Of a stretch of DNA of 64,000 nt, positions 1 to 7,670 are shown piece by piece. A program made the position numbers and the translations under genes. This DNA is from a virus. The notes below the pieces were generated by a model. That model saw only the letters and a list, made by a program, of their open reading frames with translations, was not told the DNA's origin and ran no database searches. The DNA lies in IMG/VR virus record IMGVR_UViG_3300027734_000048, positions 1-64,000 of that record; one strand, written 5' to 3'. Within the stretch, counting starts at the first letter, position 1, and each line of letters begins with the position of its first letter.

Positions 1-46
1 GAGTATTGGTTGAATTCTTTTGTAAAAGAATTAAGGAGGTTTGGCA

Positions 47-133
47 TTGAAATTAATTAATAAAATAATTGTTTGGTACAGATTTAAAAAAATAGAAAAA
101 CATATCAAAAAACAAGAAAAATATATATATTAA
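47..133 (+). CDS. small hypothetical protein (28 aa, MKLINKIIVWYRFKK...)
   Basis: AAGGAGG Shine-Dalgarno (SD) upstream of TTG at 47; open to TAA at 131-133; not in the ORF track. Confidence 0.5.
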   Translation: MKLINKIIVWYRFKKIEKHIKKQEKYIY

Positions 134-280
134 TTATCTTTCAGATTTTGGTTTTAACTGTGTTGTTCTTACATAATATGGTTCGATCTTTGCTTTAATA
201 GTTCCATCTTTACGCATCTTTACGATCCAACCATCTTTGATTTGAGTATCGTTAAACGATCCCGCTTTCTTTTTTGGCAT
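134..280 (-). CDS. small basic hypothetical protein (48 aa, MPKKKAGSFNDTQIKDGWIV...)
   Basis: ATG overlaps the upstream stop (TAATG coupling); manual translation. Confidence 0.6.
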   Translation of the reverse strand: MPKKKAGSFNDTQIKDGWIVKMRKDGTIKAKIEPYYVRTTQLKPKSER

Positions 281-1062
281 TACTTATCCCATCTTATTGT
301 TTGTTTAGTTATTAACGATGCTGCTGTTTCTAAATTAAAAATACTTTTTCCAAGTTCTGAAACATCATTTACTTGTGTTGGACCACAGACAGGACAGTTG
401 TCGCAATTTACATTTAGTTGCATGCATGTTTCACAACCACAACCATCATATTCAGGAACTTGATATGTATCTGTTGGCATAATTGGATTTTCTGCTGCTT
501 TTGCAACAGGTACACAGTTAGGTACTGGCTTGCCATTATCTCCTGGCTTCATGCCTCTCTGAACATATCCTTCCCAACATGGATCTTGTTTTGAAATATT
601 TTCTGGACAGCAGTTTGATTTACCAAATGCTGAACCAGCCCAAATATCTACACCAGGCTTATTATGTATTGTCTTTGGCTTAGTTTGTCTTGGTTGATTA
701 AGCATGTATTGTGGCCTCTTTATTCCATTACCATTTGATGATGCAGCGATTGGATCAGTTACAGTTGGATTGTAAGCAACATCCATTGGAGTATCAGATT
801 TCATAGAATGATCTTTAATATTTACTAAAGATGCGTCTGAATACAACATTCCAATACTATAAGCCGTTGGCTGCCAACCTGTTTCTGTTTCTTCAAAAAC
901 TCTTACTGCCATTGCAGGATTTTCTGGTGTAGATTGAATTGAATACTCTGTTCCAGGCACTCCGTAAACTCCACCATCATCCATGACATGCTCTACTCTA
1001 CCATGAATAATGCCTTCTGTAGTTTGACCCATCACAAAATCGCCTTCTTTTATATTAAGCAT
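280..1062 (-). CDS. hypothetical protein with a CWEGY...GKPVPNCVP motif and a Cys-rich C-terminal segment
   Basis: 260-aa ORF in the co-directional gene run; CGCETC..CDNCPVC cluster. Confidence 0.75.
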   Translation of the reverse strand: MLNIKEGDFVMGQTTEGIIHGRVEHVMDDGGVYGVPGTEYSIQSTPENPAMAVRVFEETETGWQPTAYSIGMLYSDASLVNIKDHSMKSDTPMDVAYNPTVTDPIAASSNGNGIKRPQYMLNQPRQTKPKTIHNKPGVDIWAGSAFGKSNCCPENISKQDPCWEGYVQRGMKPGDNGKPVPNCVPVAKAAENPIMPTDTYQVPEYDGCGCETCMQLNVNCDNCPVCGPTQVNDVSELGKSIFNLETAASLITKQTIRWDK

Positions 1063-1067
1063 TATTA

Positions 1068-1511
1068 TTATTCAACCTCTTTAAGTGATGCAGATAGCAT
1101 CCAGTGCCATCTTTGGTGCATATCCATTCTTTCTGCAAAGAAGTTTGCAAGTGCATGTTGTCTTCCTGCTGTAGCCATATCAACTGCATCCATAAGTTTG
1201 GCAAGAACCATATCATTTGCCATAAGTAGATCAGCACACATCATCTTTGGATCAGATGATACATCTGGCTCTCCTACTTCATTTAATTGAATAAACCTTG
1301 ACAATTTAAATGGAGCATATGTGTCTAGTTTACGAAGCCATTCAGCATATGTATCTGTTGCTTCATCGTAGTCTGTATAAATATTTTCAAAAAGTTCATG
1401 GAATTGAACAAAATCATCGCCTTCTACATTCCAGTGATACCCATGAGCCTTCAGTTTAAGGGTAATATTATCTGCAAGCAGGACCTTAAGTATATTGATT
1501 AGTTCTTCCAT
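1068..1511 (-). CDS. dps: Dps / ferritin-like DNA-protection protein
   Basis: KAHGYHWNVEG-x-DF-x-QFHELFENIY and HQRWHWML Dps signatures; start moved to ATG 1511, 7 nt after TGTTATAAT. Confidence 0.92.
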   Translation of the reverse strand: MEELINILKVLLADNITLKLKAHGYHWNVEGDDFVQFHELFENIYTDYDEATDTYAEWLRKLDTYAPFKLSRFIQLNEVGEPDVSSDPKMMCADLLMANDMVLAKLMDAVDMATAGRQHALANFFAERMDMHQRWHWMLSASLKEVE

Positions 1512-1518
1512 GCTTATC

Positions 1519-1527
1519 ATTATAACA
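1519..1527 (-). promoter_or_regulatory. extended -10 promoter TGTTATAAT (leaderless dps)
   Basis: consensus TGnTATAAT 7 nt upstream of ATG; no SD. Confidence 0.65.
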
Positions 1528-1534
1528 TAATAAA

Positions 1535-1600
1535 TGAGCAGTTTTTTACAGTCATGCTCAGGACTATACCAGTTATTTAGTGTCGCTGTCTCCCCCGACA
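1535..1600 (-). ncRNA. candidate structured RNA (hairpin plus H-type pseudoknot) in the hsp20-dps intergenic region
   Basis: UGUCG/CGACA hairpin; UAGUC/GACUG stem whose loop UGAGCA is complementary to downstream UGCUCA. Confidence 0.4.
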
Positions 1601-1611
1601 ATTTTATTATA

Positions 1612-2016
1612 CTATTGAATTTCAATAGTTTTTGGTAGTTTGTCTTCTGGAATCTGCTTTTCAAGTTTGATATCTAAGATACCATCCTTAAACTCAGCCC
1701 CAACAACTTCGACAAACTCAGGAAGGGTAAAGATATCAGTGAACTTACGAGCAGCAATGCCCTTGTGTAGATACTCTGCACCCTCTGGCAATTCAGTATC
1801 CTGCTTCTCGCCCTTAATTGTAAGTTTGCGATTGTCTAGCGATACTGAAACATCATCCTTAGAAAATCCAGCCAAAGCAAATGAAAGAATATACTCTGTA
1901 TCATTTAGTTTGATTTGGTTATAAGGTGGATAGTTTGTTGTTGTTGTTACCTTCTGAAGATTTGAGAAGGTGTTGAAAAATGGATCATTAAAAAGATCCA
2001 GTGCTGTTTTTACCAT
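1612..2016 (-). CDS. hsp20: small heat shock protein (Hsp20/IbpA family)
   Basis: NYPPYN, ALAGF, YLHKGIAARKF and A-x-FKDGIL-x-I alpha-crystallin motifs. Confidence 0.95.
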   Translation of the reverse strand: MVKTALDLFNDPFFNTFSNLQKVTTTTNYPPYNQIKLNDTEYILSFALAGFSKDDVSVSLDNRKLTIKGEKQDTELPEGAEYLHKGIAARKFTDIFTLPEFVEVVGAEFKDGILDIKLEKQIPEDKLPKTIEIQ

Positions 2017-2017
2017 G

Positions 2018-2040
2018 TTATTCCCCTTTCAAGCGAATAA
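2018..2040 (-). promoter_or_regulatory. ROSE-like RNA thermometer hairpin covering the hsp20 ribosome-binding site
   Basis: UUAUUCGCUU-GAA-AGGGGAAUAA hairpin; UCGCU lies opposite the SD. Confidence 0.6.
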
Positions 2041-2074
2041 GTTATTTTTACCCCCCGTTTGGGCAGGTATTTAT

Positions 2075-2094
2075 ATTATATCATATGCTATAAT
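2075..2094. promoter_or_regulatory. back-to-back divergent extended -10 promoters: TGATATAAT on minus (2075-2083) and TGCTATAAT on plus (2086-2094)
   Basis: two consensus boxes between the divergent hsp20 and oxygenase genes. Confidence 0.7.
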
Positions 2095-2127
2095 TGAATT
2101 AAGTTTTGATCTATCAGAGGAGAACAA

Positions 2128-2829
2128 ATGGATTCACGTAAACTTGAAAATGAAAAAAATAGCATTACAGAAAGCAGAAAGTTTAATAAATTTAAATATA
2201 CATTGCTTGCTCCTGGAGTACACATATATGATAATGTTTGGGATCAGGGAATGGATTTCATGAAGCAACTAGAAGACAAGGGGTCTTTTGTTAGAGAGGA
2301 TTATATTGTTGACTCTGAAGGTAATAAGATTCCAAAAGAGGTTGGGAAGCGTGGAGTAAGCACATGGGTAAAAAGACATCAAGATCCTCAAGGTGCTGCA
2401 CTTATTGCTAACGCTTTTGAGGAAGTTATAGACTCTTATTTATGGCATTATGATTTAGATCCAAAAAGTAGGGAAGAGTGGAGAATCAGCAAGTACACTG
2501 ATGGAGATTATTTTGGAATGCACCCTGATGACTCTTATGGAACTCCAAGAACAATATCCATGGTGTATTATCCAAACGATGATTACGAAGGTGGAGAACT
2601 TGAATTCATTCATTTTGGTGTAAAGGTTAAACCAAAAGCAAATCAACTTATAATATTCCCATCTTCATATATTTACGAACATAGGATAACCGATATTGGT
2701 GCTGGAAATCCAAGATACACAATCGTGTCTTTTCTTTCAAATATAACACAAAAAGAAAGAAACGAAAGACTTAAAGATCTTCCAAATCCTTATAAAACAG
2801 ATTTAAAGTATATCTCAGAAATTAAATAA
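2128..2829 (+). CDS. 2OG-Fe(II) oxygenase, prolyl-4-hydroxylase-like
   Basis: HPD...RTISMVYYPNDDYEGGELEF...H...RY motifs; AGGAG SD. Confidence 0.9.
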   Translation: MDSRKLENEKNSITESRKFNKFKYTLLAPGVHIYDNVWDQGMDFMKQLEDKGSFVREDYIVDSEGNKIPKEVGKRGVSTWVKRHQDPQGAALIANAFEEVIDSYLWHYDLDPKSREEWRISKYTDGDYFGMHPDDSYGTPRTISMVYYPNDDYEGGELEFIHFGVKVKPKANQLIIFPSSYIYEHRITDIGAGNPRYTIVSFLSNITQKERNERLKDLPNPYKTDLKYISEIK

Positions 2830-2867
2830 AAAATAGGCTAAGAGTTTTTATTCTCCTAGCCTATTTT
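2830..2867. terminator. bidirectional intrinsic terminator
   Basis: AAAATAGGCTA...TAGCCTATTTT inverted repeat between convergent genes. Confidence 0.75.
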
Positions 2868-2876
2868 ATTTTTATA

Positions 2877-3161
2877 TTACTTCTTTGGTGCAGCCTTCTT
2901 TGCTGCTGTTTTCTTACGGGCTGGAGCCTTCTTAACAGTTGCCTTCTTTACTGCAGCATCTACTTCTGCTACTTCTGGAAGACGACCAAATGCTGTGTCA
3001 TTTGGATTAACTGCTCTCAATGCTACTGGTGCGATTGCAGCAACCAATGAGTATGCAAGAGTCTTTGGATCAGTTACGCCAGACATGTATAGTGCAAGTG
3101 CTGCACCCAGTACTGATCGTCCGTATGATGCCAAGATGGCCTTAGTTTGTTCTGTATTCAT
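2877..3161 (-). CDS. holin-like membrane protein with a Lys/Ala-rich tail
   Basis: two hydrophobic segments and a basic KKA repeat tail; GGAGG SD. Confidence 0.6.
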   Translation of the reverse strand: MNTEQTKAILASYGRSVLGAALALYMSGVTDPKTLAYSLVAAIAPVALRAVNPNDTAFGRLPEVAEVDAAVKKATVKKAPARKKTAAKKAAPKK

Positions 3162-3171
3162 TTTATTCCTC

Positions 3172-3330
3172 CTAGGATATAATCTGTGTTAGTATTGTTG
3201 CACCAAGCCAAATACCAATAATTCCTGCGAGTCCCGCAAAAACTGGTGGTGCTGGCACTGGCAATTTGAATGCTGCGAACACGGCACCGCACCCAAAACC
3301 TGTTATTGTTGATAAAATAATGTCTTTCAT
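3172..3330 (-). CDS. XapX/DUF1427-like small membrane protein (52 aa)
   Basis: manual translation contains FAAFKLPVPAPPVFAGLAGIIGIWLG; missing from the ORF track. Confidence 0.8.
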   Translation of the reverse strand: MKDIILSTITGFGCGAVFAAFKLPVPAPPVFAGLAGIIGIWLGATILTQIIS

Positions 3331-3716
3331 TAATCTTCCTTTGGTAGTAATTGCTTTAACTGGTCATAAGAATCAGCAATCTTTTTCATAGAGTAATAGT
3401 TTGGACCCATTGCAGTAAGATCGCTATATTCCTTAAAATATTTAATTTCTGGCTCAATATCATTAATAAACTTGTTTAGGCCACTCTGAACTTCTTCTAT
3501 GTATTTAAATGCATCTTGTCTTGAACCTTCAACAAAGTTTAAAAAAGATTTACTATTTTCAATTTGCATTCTATCAAGAATTATTGTTCTATCTAAATTT
3601 GATTGAGTTAGTTCATTTTTTGTTTTTATTAATTTAAATCTTGTTATAAACAATTGAAAAATTAAAAAAATAAAAACAGAAATAAATACAGTAAAAACAA
3701 TATAATCAAAAATCAT
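3330..3716 (-). CDS. hypothetical protein with an N-terminal TM helix
   Basis: ORF coupled to both neighbours. Confidence 0.7.
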   Translation of the reverse strand: MIFDYIVFTVFISVFIFLIFQLFITRFKLIKTKNELTQSNLDRTIILDRMQIENSKSFLNFVEGSRQDAFKYIEEVQSGLNKFINDIEPEIKYFKEYSDLTAMGPNYYSMKKIADSYDQLKQLLPKED

Positions 3717-3949
3717 AGTTCTTTTCCTCCCTCTCTCACAAGTAGTACTATTGCACCATTATCCTCTAAGGCTTTTTTTACACGAATCATATATTCTACG
3801 GCAGCAACACGATCTTCAACTGTTAGCCTCATAAACTGTGGCTCACTGGCTTTTACAGTAATAAAATTATCATTATCAACCAAAGTAACATTAAAGTTTT
3901 TAGGTGCATGAATGGAGCGAAATGCTCTTTTCATTTGATCTGTATACAC
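3713..3949 (-). CDS. hypothetical protein
   Basis: ORF with start/stop overlaps. Confidence 0.7.
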   Translation of the reverse strand: MYTDQMKRAFRSIHAPKNFNVTLVDNDNFITVKASEPQFMRLTVEDRVAAVEYMIRVKKALEDNGAIVLLVREGGKEL

Positions 3950-4152
3950 TACTTTCTACCCCAAGAAATTTTATCCCAAATTCTTTCATGCCAGTAATAA
4001 ATTGCTACCTTAACAATTGTCTCCCAAAAAGCAATAAGTGCAGACAAACTGCCCTTACCAGTAATAGCATACGCAACAACAAATGATGACAGCGTACCAA
4101 ATACACGATAACTTAAAGATTTTGTAAATGATCTTTGCTTAGTTACTTTCAT
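3949..4152 (-). CDS. DUF2061-family small membrane protein
   Basis: RSFTKSLSYR...YYWHERIW pattern. Confidence 0.8.
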   Translation of the reverse strand: MKVTKQRSFTKSLSYRVFGTLSSFVVAYAITGKGSLSALIAFWETIVKVAIYYWHERIWDKISWGRK

Positions 4153-4211
4153 CTTTATCCTTAAAGTAGAGTTTTGCTTCTTTATCTGCTAAGTCATTAT
4201 TTAAAAAGAAA

Positions 4212-4979
4212 TTAAATACCCATTTGCTTGCGTTTTTCAGTAGCCGAAATAGCATGAATGTCCGCCCCCAAATCTACTTGTTCAATCTTATACCCTACAT
4301 CACGACCATATACGATATTAGTAATGTTAGGAACCTTGACAACATTTGCTGTAGGCATATCCTTATGGATATAATCACGAACTTGTTCAAAGTGCAAAGG
4401 ATCTTTCTCTGACATTCCAACTGTATGTCTTACACCAATTACAACCTGGGTATTGCGCTTTGCAGCCTCATCATATAGTGCACGGTGGCCTTCATGCCAT
4501 GGTTGGTAACGACCTAACAAAAGAACTGTGTTCTCTTTCCAGTCAAACATTCCAAATTTACGAATAACTGTAATTGCTCTTGTTGGAATCGCATCTTCAT
4601 AATCATCACCAGTATTAACTATTCTATGATCATAGTGTTCTGGATCTTCCCATAACTTATTTGTATCTTCAAAACGACCTTCTTGAATGGTATCCATCCA
4701 CACAACAACATCTGCCTCACCAAAAGCCTCACGAGTTTCTTTTGTTGGACAAACAAAGTCAACAATAACTGGCTTGTCTTGAATCTTTTCAAGAAGTCTG
4801 GCAAGTTCTCCCATTCTTCGTGCTTGCTCAATTCTGTCTTCTGGGCTAAACCCCAAATCTTTATTTAAACCAGCCCGTACCTGGTCAGCATTAACATGTA
4901 TGCCGTTTGTTCTTTCTTTAACTGCATCTGCAATTGTTGTCTTGCCTGAGCCTGGTAGCCCAATAAACTGAATGATCAT
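4212..4979 (-). CDS. cysC: adenylylsulfate-kinase-like domain fused to an HxGH nucleotidyltransferase domain
   Basis: GLPGSGKTT P-loop; NADQVRAGLNKDLGFSPEDRIEQARR APS-kinase motif; C-terminal GRYQPWHEGH; start moved to ATG 4979. Confidence 0.85.
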   Translation of the reverse strand: MIIQFIGLPGSGKTTIADAVKERTNGIHVNADQVRAGLNKDLGFSPEDRIEQARRMGELARLLEKIQDKPVIVDFVCPTKETREAFGEADVVVWMDTIQEGRFEDTNKLWEDPEHYDHRIVNTGDDYEDAIPTRAITVIRKFGMFDWKENTVLLLGRYQPWHEGHRALYDEAAKRNTQVVIGVRHTVGMSEKDPLHFEQVRDYIHKDMPTANVVKVPNITNIVYGRDVGYKIEQVDLGADIHAISATEKRKQMGI

Positions 4980-5185
4980 TCTTCTTTTCTCCAATGTATG
5001 TAAGATCTTATGTATATTGTAGCATAAGCAATAGCCATGGCGATGAAGCCATACTGTTTGGTAGATAACCCATAGGCAATCCATAATACTTCATTAACAC
5101 AAAGAATTAGCCAACCCCATATTGTTTTTTGGCCAACTAAAAAAATTCCACAAATACCTATTATTGCTAATATCCATGACCACAT
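4976..5185 (-). CDS. small multi-TM protein, PnuC/SemiSWEET-like half transporter
   Basis: 69 aa, about three hydrophobic helices, KTIWGW...LWIAYG pattern. Confidence 0.6.
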   Translation of the reverse strand: MWSWILAIIGICGIFLVGQKTIWGWLILCVNEVLWIAYGLSTKQYGFIAMAIAYATIYIRSYIHWRKEE

Positions 5186-5186
5186 A

Positions 5187-5471
5187 TTATTGATCCATAG
5201 TTAAATATTGCCAGGTATTGGCCCAGTCTTGTTTTTCTTTATGAGAATTAAACTCTTTTGAAATAATACCGTTTTCTAAATATATACCGCCCCATACTCC
5301 CCACTCTTTACCAGAAATACCATGTGCAAAGCAAGTTTTTGAAACAGGGCAACTAGAACACAACCTGTCTATTGCTAACCTTAAATCAACTTCATCTTCA
5401 TATTTTTCAAAAAATATATTTGTGTCATATTCAAAACAAGAGCCATCATCTTTCCATGCATGTCTATTCAT
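5187..5471 (-). CDS. whiB: WhiB-family Fe-S transcription factor
   Basis: C...FF...C-x2-CPV-x3-C and GVWGG. Confidence 0.92.
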   Translation of the reverse strand: MNRHAWKDDGSCFEYDTNIFFEKYEDEVDLRLAIDRLCSSCPVSKTCFAHGISGKEWGVWGGIYLENGIISKEFNSHKEKQDWANTWQYLTMDQ

Positions 5472-5473
5472 TT

Positions 5474-5683
5474 TTACCTAACAAACTTGTCTGGTATATC
5501 CCAGCCATCTCTGTTTGGTTCAAATCTTTTTGAAATGCTCCACTTTCCATCAAAGTATTTACCATTTTTAGCAGTCCTTGCACTATCTGCAGGATGCATG
5601 CTAACAACTGTCCACCCATCCCAAGTAAGAAACTTGTTGTTCTTTACTATGGTTTCCATCTTTTCTAGTTCTGTAATTTTCAT
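5474..5683 (-). CDS. hypothetical protein
   Basis: AAGGA SD before ATG 5683; LTWDGWTVV. Confidence 0.7.
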   Translation of the reverse strand: MKITELEKMETIVKNNKFLTWDGWTVVSMHPADSARTAKNGKYFDGKWSISKRFEPNRDGWDIPDKFVR

Positions 5684-5693
5684 ATTTATCCTT

Positions 5694-6044
5694 TTAGTAG
5701 TTGAATATTCCTGTTTCAATATTTTTTTCTTGTGCTTCATATACTAGTTTTGTCTTTTGCTCATTTGGCTTTGACAAAAAAGCAAAATAGTTAAACTCTT
5801 CAAAATTTTCACTTATCCAAGATGGTGCAACTTTATACATCTTAATCTTTTTACCACGAGATTTCATGCTTCGTTCAGATAGATTTACAAACTCACTTAC
5901 CATTGCGTTAATGTTTGCTGGCCCAGCAGAATAAATATAAAAGTGTTCATCTTGATCTGTAAGATTTGAAAGAGCAACACCAATTGCTCTAAGGAAAACC
6001 TTGTAGTCTTCAAAACTACTGGTTCCTTGTACTCCCACTATCAT
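5694..6044 (-). CDS. hypothetical protein, possibly SLOG/YspA-like
   Basis: N-terminal IVGVQGTSSFEDY resembles the YspA-type start (weak). Confidence 0.6.
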   Translation of the reverse strand: MIVGVQGTSSFEDYKVFLRAIGVALSNLTDQDEHFYIYSAGPANINAMVSEFVNLSERSMKSRGKKIKMYKVAPSWISENFEEFNYFAFLSKPNEQKTKLVYEAQEKNIETGIFNY

Positions 6045-6444
6045 TGTCTAACCCTTCTCTAAGTTTATCCATTATAAACAACATCTTATCTAATTGTATA
6101 CTATCCATGCCTATTGTGTCAACTGTAGTTGTGGTGTCTGGATCTATTAAATTGTTTACCATTTCCGCTTTGTAAAACTGATTTTCTTTAATCCAATAAG
6201 CATAGTTGTCAAGTATAATTATCTTAACATTGATCTTTCTTTCATAATCAAGTGATTGAGTATTTTTTATTTTTTTTATATTTGACATATCTGGCAAAAG
6301 CGGTTTGATGTGCATAAAAATATGGCTTTGACTATACTTAACATTATTTTTATTTATGTTATTTTTATTTATACTATTTTTAAATAACATGCTAAAAAAT
6401 ATTAGTAAGGCAAAAGTAGTAAAAGATCCAAGTAGGTATTCCAT
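6016..6444 (-). CDS. hypothetical protein with an N-terminal TM helix
   Basis: AGGAG SD and an upstream TATAAT. Confidence 0.7.
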   Translation of the reverse strand: MEYLLGSFTTFALLIFFSMLFKNSINKNNINKNNVKYSQSHIFMHIKPLLPDMSNIKKIKNTQSLDYERKINVKIIILDNYAYWIKENQFYKAEMVNNLIDPDTTTTVDTIGMDSIQLDKMLFIMDKLREGLDNDSGSTRNQ

Positions 6445-6465
6445 TTTTCTCCTAAATACATTATA

Positions 6466-6807
6466 CTACTTTTTTGATTTTAAAAATTTTATAATCTCTT
6501 TAAGAGTTAACCTATTACTTGTTTTTAAGTTTTGAATCTCCGCATCATTCAATGCTTTTTCTGTAATACTGACGATTGGATTTTTTTCAGTAATATCCAT
6601 CTCAATAAAACCATATTCCCATAACTCCATCATTTCCTGAGTAAAATATAGATTTGACTCATTATGTAATTCTGGAGAAAAATGTTTAAGTTTATCTGTA
6701 AACCTATATAGAACTTCTCCAGATTCTTGATCTATTCCAGAAAACTCTAGACTTCCATTTAAGATTAGTTCTTCCATAAAACTGTCTTCGCTCAAATCTA
6801 ACCCCAA
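6466..6807 (-). CDS. hypothetical protein, paralog of 7043-7264
   Basis: shares G-x-(L/I)...ID...GE-x-LY-x2-TDKLK-x3-PEL. Confidence 0.7.
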   Translation of the reverse strand: MGLDLSEDSFMEELILNGSLEFSGIDQESGEVLYRFTDKLKHFSPELHNESNLYFTQEMMELWEYGFIEMDITEKNPIVSITEKALNDAEIQNLKTSNRLTLKEIIKFLKSKK

Positions 6808-7043
6808 AAATCTAAAAGTTGTTGTTTGTTTTTTGCACCATTCATTCTTGAAACTTCTTGGCTGTCTTTAAATAATATAAAAGTTGGAATACTTTTAACT
6901 TCTAAATCTTTAACAAGTTGACCCTCAAGATCGGCATCAACAAACTTAATGTTGTACCCTTCCTTAATTAATTCTTCTGCAAATGGCTTTGTTCTTGCAC
7001 ATGGATTGCACCAATCTGCTGTAAAGTAAAGAATATGCTTCAT
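6798..7043 (-). CDS. thioredoxin
   Basis: FTADWCNPC active site and SIPTF. Confidence 0.92.
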   Translation of the reverse strand: MKHILYFTADWCNPCARTKPFAEELIKEGYNIKFVDADLEGQLVKDLEVKSIPTFILFKDSQEVSRMNGAKNKQQLLDFWG

Positions 7044-7264
7044 TATCTTATTTTCCATTTCATTGTTTTGGGACCAAGATCAATTAGTTCAAACATGTGA
7101 TGCTCATATTGATCCTTTAGATCTTCATAAAGTTCTGGATTTACCAACTTTAGTTTATCCGTAACAGAGTATAACATTTCGCCATTTGCATCGATGCTAT
7201 GCATTGATATGGCACCTTGATTTAGCAAATGCTCTACCATGGCTTCTGTTTTAGGATTAATCAC
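7043..7264 (-). CDS. hypothetical protein, paralog of 6466-6807
   Basis: GEMLYSVTDKLKLVNPELY. Confidence 0.7.
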   Translation of the reverse strand: MINPKTEAMVEHLLNQGAISMHSIDANGEMLYSVTDKLKLVNPELYEDLKDQYEHHMFELIDLGPKTMKWKIR

Positions 7265-7668
7265 TTACCAGATTTCTTTCTAGCCTTAGCCAATGCATTA
7301 AAGTCTTTGACCTTGGTGTCTCCTAGATATCCCCAAGCATAACCATCATTAATCATCATGTCATTAAGGGAGATGGTGTTGCCATCTACATATACCCAGC
7401 CTAAAATGCGACCATACTTCTCAGATGAGTCCATCTTTTCAGTCTTAATAACTACAGACTTTGCATCTTTAAGATGCTTCTTTAGGTACTCTTTAGCCTC
7501 AAGACCAAGAGCCTTCTCTGCAAGATCCTTTGTGCGAGATTCAGGGGTATCAATGCCAGCCAATCTTACACGAGATGCAAATAAAATATCAAACCCTAAA
7601 TCGATAAGAACATCAATGGTATCTCCATCTACAACATTCTCTACTTTTCTTACATAGTACTCATACAT
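7261..7668 (-). CDS. thermonuclease (SNase family)
   Basis: VVDGDTID, RVRLAGIDTPES and KYGRILG. Confidence 0.93.
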   Translation of the reverse strand: MYEYYVRKVENVVDGDTIDVLIDLGFDILFASRVRLAGIDTPESRTKDLAEKALGLEAKEYLKKHLKDAKSVVIKTEKMDSSEKYGRILGWVYVDGNTISLNDMMINDGYAWGYLGDTKVKDFNALAKARKKSGK

Positions 7669-7670
7669 TT

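Noticed and set aside
1512-1664. N-terminal extension of dps in the ORF track
   Set aside because: It overlaps hsp20 and the structured intergenic region; the Dps fold and promoter position support ATG 1511.
4139-4255. Possible 38-aa minus-strand ORF (MLFRLLKNASKWVFNFFLNNDLADKEAK...)
   Set aside because: It overlaps both neighbours and has no clear SD; it cannot be supported without homologs.
4980-5084. N-terminal extension of the cysC fusion
   Set aside because: It overlaps the upstream membrane-protein gene; the P-loop domain starts at ATG 4979.
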